Part shown: positions 30,175-39,747 of the stretch, in pieces | How positions within the stretch are numbered: the first letter of the stretch is position 1 | Layout of the letters: the number at the start of each line of letters is the position of its first letter | Source of the DNA: Candidatus Eiseniibacteriota bacterium | Lineage (GTDB): Bacteria; Eisenbacteria; RBG-16-71-46; CAVPCR01 | Length of the DNA: 64,000 nt | Direction: 5' to 3' | NCBI GenBank assembly: GCA_963823555.1 | Contig: CAWGMA010000001.1 | Location: 1,920,001 to 1,984,000, forward strand | Notes under the pieces: generated by a model | Databases searched by the model: none | Told to the model about the DNA's origin: nothing | The model's input: the letters and a program-made list of their open reading frames with translations, nothing else | Program-made: the position numbers and the translations under genes

Positions 30175-31986
30175 ATGGACTCCCCCCTCAACCAGGAAGC
30201 CGGATCGCACCATCCGACCCGCCGATCCCGGAACTGGATTCAGAGCCTGGGACCGCTCTGGATTCCGGGCGCCGTGCTTCTCGTTCTCCTCGCCCACGGC
30301 TATGCCTTCGAGCTGGGAGCGGAGAACCAGCCCCTCCAGATCCCCCGCATCGAACGGATCATCGATCCCACGCTCTACTCCGGCGACGCGCTGGTCGACA
30401 CCCTCGACCGGTACCCATCGCTGTTCTTCCCGGCCGCCGCGTGGATGGCGCGCTGGATACCGCTCGAGCGCCAGTTCTTGGTCCTCCATCTCCTGACCAT
30501 GGCCGCGGTGGCGATCGCGATGGCGAGTGTCGCCCGCAAGCTCCTGGGCTCGCAGCCAGCGGCCATCCTGGCCGCCCTGCTCCTCGTCCTGTCACCGGTG
30601 GTTCGCCCGACGCTGATCGGCCGCGACACCCTGGTCGCCGCCTGGGTCACGCCGACGACCATCTCCTTCCCCATCCTGCTCATCGCGCTCGGCTTCCTGC
30701 TCGCCGGGCGCTTCGCCTGGGCGGGATTGGTGGCGGGGCTTGCGGCTCACATCAATGCCGTCGCCGCCGGCATCTTCCTCATCGTCGCCCTGCCGGTCGC
30801 CTGCGGTGAACGCCATCGACTGCGGTCATCGGCCCTCCTCTGCGCAACGTTCGCCATCGCCGCGCTCCCATCGCTGCTCACCTTGCCGGGGCATGCCTTG
30901 GTTGGCGGCCGTGGGCTCGACTTTCTCGCTCTGCTTCGCCGCTACTACCCCTACCACTTCTTCCTCGATGAGCATTCGCCGGGTGTCTTCGTGCGTCTGG
31001 CCATCTTGATCGGGGTGGCGATCGTCGGATTCCGCGCCCTCGCGCCGAGCGACCCCGCGCGGCGGGCGCGCCGGCTCGCCCTGACCGTGGCCGTCACCGT
31101 GGCCGCGGGCGCCGTCTTCGCCGATCTGGTCCCCGTGGCGGCGCTGACGCAGCTCCACCTCATGCGCGCCGACCGCTGGTTCTTCGTGCTCCTCTACGTG
31201 CTGGCCGGGGGACTCCTCCTCTCCGCTACCACCAGGGACCGGGTCGCCACAGCGGGCGCCGCGGCGATCACGATCGGTCTCTTGCGCGCCGCCTACCCGC
31301 TCATCGCCTGGGGAACGATCCTCATGCTCGTCAGGCCGCGGTCGAGCCGGGCCCGCTGGCTGATCGTCATCGCGGCGGCCGGGATGGCGCTGTGGCGGCT
31401 GTGGGAACCCACCTATCTGATCTCCAGCGTCCTGCTCGTGATCTTGCTGCTGCTAGCCATGGCCGGAAATGCGCGTCAGACTGCCTTCGCGCTGCGCACC
31501 GGACTGGCCTTGGCCCTGGTGCTCGCGTTCGTCGAAGTGGCGATCGACACGGGGACGCTCGGCCGCGGTGGCGTCTCCATCTCGCGGCAGGTGTTTCATC
31601 CGGACTGGCGCGAGGTTCAGGACTGGGCCACCGCGCATACTCCGGTCGCGGCTCGCTTCATGACGCCGCCCAGGTACGCGGGATTCCGCGTTTACTCCCA
31701 TCGCAGCACGATTGTCGAGCACAAGGATGGAGCAGCCATGCTCTGGGTGCCGGAATTCGGCCCCGGCTGGTGGCAGCGCCTCGGCGCGGTGGACGACGCC
31801 ATCACATCAGGCGATGCGGCCGAGCTGCGCGCCGTGGCCGAGCACTACGGGGCCGAGTGGATCATCGTGCCCCGCGAGAGCGCCCCCCAGGAATCCTCAC
31901 CCGAGCTCGCCCTGGTCCACTCGAACCGGCGCTTCAATGTCTATGCCCTGCCGCCGCCGGAGCCGCCGGGACCGAGCACCCCCTAG
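30175..31986 (+). CDS. Polytopic membrane protein (DUF6798-like, possible GT-C fold)
   Basis: Many TM helices, N-terminal loop IDPTLYSGD and C-terminal WATAHTP...TPP...FRVYSHRS...HKDG domain. Family assignment is from memory. Confidence 0.55.
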   Translation: MDSPLNQEAGSHHPTRRSRNWIQSLGPLWIPGAVLLVLLAHGYAFELGAENQPLQIPRIERIIDPTLYSGDALVDTLDRYPSLFFPAAAWMARWIPLERQFLVLHLLTMAAVAIAMASVARKLLGSQPAAILAALLLVLSPVVRPTLIGRDTLVAAWVTPTTISFPILLIALGFLLAGRFAWAGLVAGLAAHINAVAAGIFLIVALPVACGERHRLRSSALLCATFAIAALPSLLTLPGHALVGGRGLDFLALLRRYYPYHFFLDEHSPGVFVRLAILIGVAIVGFRALAPSDPARRARRLALTVAVTVAAGAVFADLVPVAALTQLHLMRADRWFFVLLYVLAGGLLLSATTRDRVATAGAAAITIGLLRAAYPLIAWGTILMLVRPRSSRARWLIVIAAAGMALWRLWEPTYLISSVLLVILLLLAMAGNARQTAFALRTGLALALVLAFVEVAIDTGTLGRGGVSISRQVFHPDWREVQDWATAHTPVAARFMTPPRYAGFRVYSHRSTIVEHKDGAAMLWVPEFGPGWWQRLGAVDDAITSGDAAELRAVAEHYGAEWIIVPRESAPQESSPELALVHSNRRFNVYALPPPEPPGPSTP

Positions 31987-32031
31987 CGGCCGGTTCCCCG
32001 ATCTTCCATTTCCCCGCCATCTCCCTGCCGT

Positions 32032-32955
32032 CTAGAGTCCCAGCTCCCTGAGGATTCGATCGTCCTTGCGCCATTCCTTCGCGACACGGACCTCGAGCTC
32101 GAGAAACACCGGCCGGCCCAGCAGCACCTCGATCTCCTGTCGGGCCTCGGACCCGACACGCTTCAAGGCACGGCCACCCTCCCCGATCAAGATCGCCTTC
32201 TGCGTGTCGCGCTCGACGAGGATCTCCGCCTTCACATAGACCTTCGGCCGGCCAGGGTCGTCGACGAACTCGGCGATGCGAACCGCCGTGGCGTACGGCA
32301 CCTCTTCGCGGTACCGGCGGAAGACCTTCTCGCGCACGAGCTCAGCGGCAAAGAAGCGTTCCGGGCGATCGGAGAGCGTGTCCGGAGGGTAGAAGGGCGG
32401 GCTCTCGGGCAGCCGTGCGGCCAGCTCGGCCTCGAGGCGTTCGACGCCATCACCGCGCAGGGCCGAGAGCGGGATGATCGCGGTGAACTCGCCGAGCGCG
32501 GTGATCTGTGCCATCAACGGCAAGAGCTTCGGCTTCGCGATGCGATCGATCTTGTTGAGGATGGCGAACAGCGGGCGACCCCCGGCGCGCGATAGAAGAT
32601 CTCGCAGGAGCTCGACTTCGCGGTCGCGGAGCGGATCGCGAGCCTCCACCAGGGCAACGAGCAGATCCGCATCCCCGACCGCCGCCAGCGCCTGTTCGAC
32701 CATGCGGCGCTGCAGCTCGTACCTCGGTTCGAGCACCCCCGGCGTGTCGAGAAAGACGATCTGGTAGGAAGGGCGAGACAGGATCCCCACCACTCGCTGG
32801 CGCGTGGTCTGCGGCGCGGCGGAAACGATGGAGAGCTTGTGATCGAGCAGCCGATTGAGGAGCGTCGACTTGCCGACATTGGGCCGGCCGAGGATGGCGG
32901 CGTAGCCGGCACGAAAGCCCGCGGGGGTTGGCGCGCCGGCCGGGGAATCGCTCAT
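32032..32955 (-). CDS. era: GTPase Era
   Basis: GRPNVGKSTL, QTTR, DTPG and NKID motifs; KH domain. Confidence 0.96.
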   Translation of the reverse strand: MSDSPAGAPTPAGFRAGYAAILGRPNVGKSTLLNRLLDHKLSIVSAAPQTTRQRVVGILSRPSYQIVFLDTPGVLEPRYELQRRMVEQALAAVGDADLLVALVEARDPLRDREVELLRDLLSRAGGRPLFAILNKIDRIAKPKLLPLMAQITALGEFTAIIPLSALRGDGVERLEAELAARLPESPPFYPPDTLSDRPERFFAAELVREKVFRRYREEVPYATAVRIAEFVDDPGRPKVYVKAEILVERDTQKAILIGEGGRALKRVGSEARQEIEVLLGRPVFLELEVRVAKEWRKDDRILRELGL

Positions 32956-33902
32956 CCCTGCCCGGCCCGAGCCGCCTCCGACTCCTCGAACAGGGCATCG
33001 GCAAACGCCTTTGCCGAGAAGGGCACCAGGTCATCGATACCCTCGCCCACCCCAACCAGAACCACCGGCAGCTTGAGCTCGTTGGCGATCGCGACCACGA
33101 CGCCGCCGCGGGCGGTGCCGTCGAGCTTGGCGAGGACGAGCCCGCTCACGCCCGCCGCGGCGTCGAAGAGGCGAGCCTGCCGGATGGCATTCTGTCCGGT
33201 CGTGGCATCGAGGCAGAGCAGGACCTCATGAGGGGCGCCAGGCAGGCGGCGGGCCACCACTCGGTGCACCTTCTTGAGCTCCTCCATGAGGTGCGCCTTG
33301 TTGTGAAGGCGCCCGGCCGTGTCGAGCAGCAAGACATCCACCCCGCGCGCTTCCCCGGCTGCGACCGCATCGAAGGCCACCGCCGCCGGATCGGCCCCCG
33401 AGCGCTGGCGCACGATCTCCACTCCCGCGCGTTCGGCCCAGGCCTCGAGTTGCTCACCCGCCGCCGCGCGGAAGGTATCGCAGGCACCGATCAGAACGCG
33501 CCTCCCGGCATCGACTTCCCGCTTGGCGATCTTCCCGATCGTCGTCGTCTTGCCGACTCCGTTGACGCCGACCAACATGATCACGTGCGGTCCGGGACCT
33601 CGTTTCGGGTCGGAGGATCCTGCCATGGAGGCTGATTCGAGAAGAGCCACGATCTCCGTCTTGAGCGCCTCTTCGGCGGCGACCGGATCGCTGATGCGCT
33701 CGTCACGGACCCGCTGGCGGAGGTTCTCGATCAAGGTCTCGGTGGCCTCGACACCACAGTCAGCAGCGATCAGGAGCCGCTCGAAATCGGCGAACAGCTC
33801 CTCATCCACGCGGCCGCGATCGAGAGCCCCGCGGAACCCGGCGGCCAGGTTCTGTCGCGTGCGGGCCAGGCCCTGCCGGAGCTTGTCGAAGATGGAAGGC
33901 AT
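32952..33902 (-). CDS. ftsY: SRP receptor FtsY (short NG-only form)
   Basis: GVNGVGKTTTIGK, DTFRAAA, DTAGR and KLDGTARGG motifs. Confidence 0.96.
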   Translation of the reverse strand: MPSIFDKLRQGLARTRQNLAAGFRGALDRGRVDEELFADFERLLIAADCGVEATETLIENLRQRVRDERISDPVAAEEALKTEIVALLESASMAGSSDPKRGPGPHVIMLVGVNGVGKTTTIGKIAKREVDAGRRVLIGACDTFRAAAGEQLEAWAERAGVEIVRQRSGADPAAVAFDAVAAGEARGVDVLLLDTAGRLHNKAHLMEELKKVHRVVARRLPGAPHEVLLCLDATTGQNAIRQARLFDAAAGVSGLVLAKLDGTARGGVVVAIANELKLPVVLVGVGEGIDDLVPFSAKAFADALFEESEAARAGQG

Positions 33903-34044
33903 CGTCCCTCACGGTTACGGCTGCTGGGGGAAATCGACCGCGAGCATTCTAGACCACCTGAGGCGCCGGCGCCAGCCACTCCCCGCGGGCGCGAACGTGC
34001 CGAGTGGCTTGCCGCACGGCGCGGCGCGCGTTAGCATCGCCCGC

Positions 34045-34611
34045 GTGAGCACACAGGTCCTTGCCGCTGGCTCCTTCTTGATCGCCAGTCCCACCCTTCG
34101 CGATCCGAATTTCGCACGGTCCGTCGTGCTCTTGTGCGAACACAGCGACGAGGGCTCGATGGGGTTGATCGTGAACCGACCGAGCGATCGGAGCGTGGCC
34201 GAGGCGCTTCGCGGTGTCGAGAAGCTCCCCCCTCCCGAGGAACGCCTCTTCCTCGGCGGGCCGGTGCAACCCGAGATCCTCCTGGTCCTGCACCGGCTAG
34301 CCGCTCCAGCACCCGGCGCTCAGCCCATCACCGATGGGATGGGACTCGGCGGCGACATGCAGGCGCTCGTGGACCTTCTCGCCGCCAAACGCTCGCCGGA
34401 GGATCGCCTGCGCGTCTATGCCGGCTATGCCGGCTGGGGCGAAGGCCAGCTCGGAGCGGAGATGGATTCCGGAAGCTGGTTCACGCGACCCGCCAGCGCT
34501 CATTTCGTCTTCGATGTCGAGCCCGAGGCCATGTGGGCCGAGGTGATCCGATCCCTCGGCCCCGAGTACGAGCACTACATCACCATGCCCACCGATCCGC
34601 GGGTCAACTAG
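34045..34611 (+). CDS. YqgE/AlgH family protein
   Basis: DPNFARSVVLLCEH, GLIVNRP, GGPV and GYAGWGEGQL motifs. GTG start inferred. Confidence 0.9.
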   Translation: MSTQVLAAGSFLIASPTLRDPNFARSVVLLCEHSDEGSMGLIVNRPSDRSVAEALRGVEKLPPPEERLFLGGPVQPEILLVLHRLAAPAPGAQPITDGMGLGGDMQALVDLLAAKRSPEDRLRVYAGYAGWGEGQLGAEMDSGSWFTRPASAHFVFDVEPEAMWAEVIRSLGPEYEHYITMPTDPRVN

Positions 34612-34693
34612 GAACCGTGCCGACCGCCGTCGGCGCCAACGCGGCGCCACCGCATGAGCATGTGAGGGGCCCACGCCAGGGAGCGAACGCCGG

Positions 34694-35905
34694 ATGAAAG
34701 CAGACAGCAATTCGATCCTGATCGGCATCGTGGTGGGGACCGCCGCGGCCTTCGCCGGCGTGCTCCTCTTCGGGCCGGAGATGGTGCGCTTCGAGTTCCT
34801 CGGCACCTTCTTCCTCAAGGCCCTGAAGATGATCATCGTGCCGCTGATCGTGGCCTCGATCGTCGTCGGGATCTCCGGCCTCGGTGATGTGCGCGCCATG
34901 GGACGCATCGGCGGCCTGACGCTCGCCTACTACGCGCTCACGACGGGCGTCGCCGTCGCTCTCGGCATCCTCATGGTGAACCTGATCCAGCCCGGGAGCG
35001 GGGTCGAGCTCTTGGCGGGCGGAGTCGCGCCGGACGTGATCGCCGGACGCGAAGCCACGGGCTTGAAGGAGATCCTCCTCTCGTTCGTCTCCGACAACAT
35101 CGTCAAGGCCATGGCCGATCTCGACATGCTGCCCATCATCGTCTTCTCGCTGTTCTTCGCCTCCGTGCTGACGACCGTGGGTGATAAGGGGCGCCCGGTC
35201 ATCGCCTTCTTCGAGGGTCTCAATGCGGCCGTCATGAAGATGGTGCACCTGATCATGTTCCTGACCCCGATCGGCGTGTTCGGTCTGATCGCTGGACGAT
35301 TCGGGAGGGCAGGCGACCTGGGAGCCCTGATCAGCGGGCTGGGCAAGTACATGGCCACGGTCCTGATCGGCCTCGGCATTCATGCCGTGGTGATTCTGCC
35401 GTTGATCCTCTGGTTCTTCGGTCGCCGCAACCCCGCTCGCTACGCCGTCGGCATGTCGCCGGCCCTGCTCACAGCGTTCTCGACCGCATCCTCGTCGGCG
35501 ACTCTGCCGCTGACGATCGAATGTGTCGAGGAGCGCAACAAGGTGAAGCGCAAGGCGGCCTACTGCGTTCTCCCGGTCGGAGCGACCATCAACATGGATG
35601 GCACCGCGCTCTACGAATCGGTTGCCGCCATCTTCATCGCCCAGGCCTACGGCATCGACCTCACCGCCATGCAACAGGTCGTGATCTTCCTGACGGCCAC
35701 CCTGGCGGCCATCGGTGCTGCCGGGATCCCCGAGGCCGGGCTCGTGACCATGGTCATCGTTCTCGGGGCGGTGGGCCTGCCGCTCGAGGGCATCGGGCTG
35801 ATCCTGGCCGTGGACTGGCTCCTGGACCGCTTCCGGACCGCCGTCAATGTCTGGGGAGATGCTTGCGGCGCTGCGGTGATCGCCCGGGCGATGCCTCCCG
35901 GGTGA
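34694..35905 (+). CDS. Dicarboxylate/amino acid:cation symporter (DAACS)
   Basis: AFSTASSSATLP, GATINMDGTALYE and DRFRTAVNVWGD motifs. Confidence 0.93.
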   Translation: MKADSNSILIGIVVGTAAAFAGVLLFGPEMVRFEFLGTFFLKALKMIIVPLIVASIVVGISGLGDVRAMGRIGGLTLAYYALTTGVAVALGILMVNLIQPGSGVELLAGGVAPDVIAGREATGLKEILLSFVSDNIVKAMADLDMLPIIVFSLFFASVLTTVGDKGRPVIAFFEGLNAAVMKMVHLIMFLTPIGVFGLIAGRFGRAGDLGALISGLGKYMATVLIGLGIHAVVILPLILWFFGRRNPARYAVGMSPALLTAFSTASSSATLPLTIECVEERNKVKRKAAYCVLPVGATINMDGTALYESVAAIFIAQAYGIDLTAMQQVVIFLTATLAAIGAAGIPEAGLVTMVIVLGAVGLPLEGIGLILAVDWLLDRFRTAVNVWGDACGAAVIARAMPPG

Positions 35906-35962
35906 TCAGGGACGCGGCCATAGCCCCGCCGTGATGCTCAAGCGGCGGGGATGGGAGTCGCG

Positions 35963-38900
35963 CTAGCCGAGAGCCGGCTCGGGCGTGGCGTCACCGTCGA
36001 GGACCTCGCCCCCCGACCCGTTGCCACCACCGGCAACCGCCAGCTCCGCCTCGCCCTGTCCCTGATCCGCGTCCGCCGCTGTCTCGACCACGTCCTCCCC
36101 CTCGGACAGCTCGCCGTGATCGAGTCGCACCGAGACCAGCTTCGACACCCCCGGCTCCTCCATCGTCACCCCGTAGAGGCGCTCGCATGCCTCCATCGTG
36201 CGCTTGTTGTGGGTGATGACGATGAACTGTGTGTCACGCTGGAACTGACGCAGCAGCTTGACGAAACGATCTACGTTGGCATCGTCGAGCGGCGCATCCA
36301 CTTCGTCCATGATGCAGAATGGGCTGGGCTTGACCAGATAGATCGAGAACAGGAGTGAGATGGCAGTCAGCGCCCGCTCGCCCCCCGACATCATGCGGAT
36401 CGAACGCAGAGCCTTGCCCCGCGGGCGGGCCATGATCTCGATGCCGCCGTCGAGATCGTCGCCGACCAGGGAGAGCTCGGCCTCTCCGCCTTCGAAGAGG
36501 GTGGAGAAGACGCGCCGGAAGTTCTCCTTCACCTGGCCGAAGGTCTGACTGGAAGAGCTCGGAGGCGGTCTGGTTGATCTTCTCGATCGCCTGCGAGGAG
36601 CTCCTCCCGGGCAGCCACCAGGTCGTCACGCTGCTTGGTCAGGAAGTCGAACCGCTGCTTGACCTCTTCGTACTGCTCGATGGCAAGGAGATTCACCGGA
36701 CCGATCCGGCGTAGCCGCTCCTTGAGATGGTTGAGCTCGGCCAGGGCCTCACCGGATCCTGCCCTTCGGCCAGCACTTCGTTGGTCTCGAGGAGCTCAAT
36801 GTCGTACTCCTCACGGATCCGGGCAGCGATGGCCTCGATCTCGCCGCGAGCGCGTTCCAGATCGAGCTCGTCCTTGTGCACGCCTTCGAGCAACCCGTCG
36901 AATCCGTGTCGAGCTTCGCGCGCCGCCTTCTCTTCGGCGACAACCTCCGCCCGCGCTTCACCCTCGGCGGTCTCGAGCGCGCGCACCCGGACCTCCTTCT
37001 CCTCGCGAGCCAGCATCGCCTCGGCGATCTGGGTCTCGTGCTCGGCAATCGATGCGGCCAGGTTCGCCAGTAGCGTGTCTCCGTTCTCGATCTCGGCGGT
37101 CAGGCGAGTCATCTCGCCTTCGATGTCCGCCAGCTCGCCGCCCAGGCGCTCGTGCTCGTTCCGTACCTCGGCGAGTCGGGCGGAAAGCGTGGTCCACGCA
37201 ATACGGCTCTCCTGCTCGGCGGCCAGGCGGAGATCACGCTCTTCCTCGAGTCGAGTCACCTCGGTCTCGAGATCGGCACAGTCGGCGGCAAAGGTCTGGC
37301 TCTCGCGATGGGAATCATCGAGCGCCGTCCCGAGTGCCGATTCACGAGCCCCCAGATGCTCGAGCTCGACGGCAAGGGCCGAGACGGCCCCCTCGAGATC
37401 GACGATCACCTCGGCCTTGATCTGGGCGGCCAGAGCCTGCTCGGCGTGCGCCTTCTCGCGGGCGAACACCGCTTCGCGCTCCACCTCATGACGGCTCCTG
37501 AGCTCGCGCTGAGCCCCGGCGCTCGCCTCGCGCTCAGCCCTGAGCTCGGCCTCCTCCTGTCTGAGGGCGGCAATCTGCGTCCTGAGGGGCACCAGTTCCT
37601 CCTCGGTGGCAGCGATCTCCTGCTCCCGGGACAGGACGCTGGACCCCGTACCGTCGCCGCCACTGATCGCGCCCGCTCGCGTCCATAGCTCGCCCTCGAG
37701 GGTGACTACCCGATACCCGGCCGCCTCGGGTCGCTCGATGAGCGAGCGGGCACTCGCCCGGTCGCTCACCAGGATGACATCGCCGAGCAGGTAGTGGATC
37801 GCGCCTGCGAATCGCGGTTCATGCGCTTCGACGAGATCGCTGAGGCGACCGAGAAGGCCATCGCCGGTGGGAATGTCACCGTCCGTTCTGGCTGCGATGC
37901 CGGCGAGCGGGAGGAACGTGGCCCGACCCCCCTCGCTCTGGCGCAGATGATCGATATGGCCGGCCGGGGCGTCGCGATCGTCGATCACGATGGTGCCGAC
38001 GCCGGATCCCAACGCCGTTTCCACCGCGTCGACCAGCTCGGCTGGTACGCGCATCAGCTCGGCGACCGTACCGTGAATGCCCGATGGCCGGCCACCTGCG
38101 AGCAGTGTCTGCACGCCCCGCGCGAAACCCTCGTAGCGGCGGCGGAGATCGAGGAGCACGGCAAGGCGCGACTCATGGGCCGCTGCGCTCTCGCCGAGCG
38201 CCATCAGCTTCTGGCCTGCCTGTTCGGCAGACAGGGTGAGTGCGATGGTGCGCGCCTCGATCTCATCGAGCTCGGACCGGGTCGCATCACAGGCGGCACG
38301 GGAGGTGGCGAGCTCGGTGGCCGCCCGGTCGCGCTCGGCCTCAGCGCGCTCCTTCTCAGCGCGTACCTGCTCGAGATCTGCGGCGATACGGTCACGCCGT
38401 CCGGAGATTTCCTCCTGCTTGCGTCGAGTTTCGGCCAGCACCGTACGGCGCTCGACATGGTCCTCGACCAGCCCCAGGTTGAGCTGCTTCTTCTCGGAGA
38501 GCTCGATGCGGCGCTGCTTCCACATCCGCTCGATCTCGCTCCGCGCCTCCTCCCGCGAGCCGAGCTCAGCCTCGCTCGCCGCCGCCACCGCGCTCAGCCG
38601 CGAGAGCTCTCCGGCCGCCGTCTCCTCCGCCGCTGCAACGATCCCCCGCCGTTCGTCCAGCCGCGTGAGCGTCGCGCGGGCCTCGCTGGTGCGGGTCTGG
38701 GTCGCCAGGTCTCCGCTCGCGCAGCACCCGCACCTCACTCGACCACTCGGCTACCAGGCGATCGTGCCGATCCAGCTCCTCCTGCGCGACCCTGAGCTCG
38801 CGCTCGAGATCGGTCTGGCGGAGGCGCCGCTCCTCGACGGTCAGCTCGTAGCCGGAGATCCGCGCGCGCTCGCCCTCGAGATCGGTTCGCGATCCGGCCA

Positions 38901-39642
38901 GCCGCTCGGCGAGTTCGTCGCGCCGGGCCGCGAGTTCGTGCACGCGCTGGCGGCCCAGGGCCAGGTCCAGATGGCGAATGCGCTCGATGGTGCGCTTGTA
39001 GCGGCGGGCTCGCCCCACCTGCCGGCCAAGCGAGTGAGTCTCGCGCTCGACCTCGCTGATGATGTCGGCAACGCGCACCAGATCGGTCTCTGTCGCCTTG
39101 AGCTTGAGCAACGCCTCGTGCTTCCGCGCCTTGTACTTGGTGATTCCGGCGGCCTCTTCGAGGATCTGCCGGCGCTGTCCCGAGTCATCGGAGAGCACCG
39201 ACTCCACCATCTCCCGGGCAATCAGCGAGTAGCCGCTCGATCCGATCCCGGTGTCGAGAAGCAGGTCCCGCACGTCGCGAAGGCGACACGGCTTGCGGTT
39301 GAGCACGTAATCGCTCTGCCCGGAACGGAACAGCCGGCGGCCAACGACCACCGTGGAGTACTCGACCGGAAGGAGGTTCTTCGTGTTCGAGAAGGTGAGA
39401 AAGACCTCGGACATCCCCAGCGGCTTGCGGGTCGCGGTCCCGTTGAAGATCACGTCCTCCATGGAGTGCCCGCGGAGGAGACGCGCCGACTGCTCGCCGA
39501 GAACCCAGCGGATGGCGTCGGAGAGGTTCGACTTTCCGCACCCGTTGGGCCCGACGATGCCGGTTACCCCTGCCCCGAAGCGCAACGTGAGCTTGTAGGG
39601 AATGGACTTGAACCCGAAGATCTCGAGCTTCTCGAGGAACAT
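35963..39642 (-). CDS. smc: Chromosome segregation protein SMC (four frameshifts near 38712, 36751, 36595, 36546; probably assembly errors)
   Basis: FGFKS and GPNGCGKSN Walker A; hinge GRATFLPL; GPVNLLAIEQY; MSGGE and DEVDAPLDD. The pieces are spread over successive frames. Confidence 0.92.
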
Positions 39643-39747
39643 CAGCCCTCCTGGCAGATGCCGGCAGGTGAATCGATCAGCACCCTGCCGGAATGTCCCG
39701 GCGCGCCTCCGGCGCACCGGTGGGTCGGACGAGAAATCGAATCGCGT

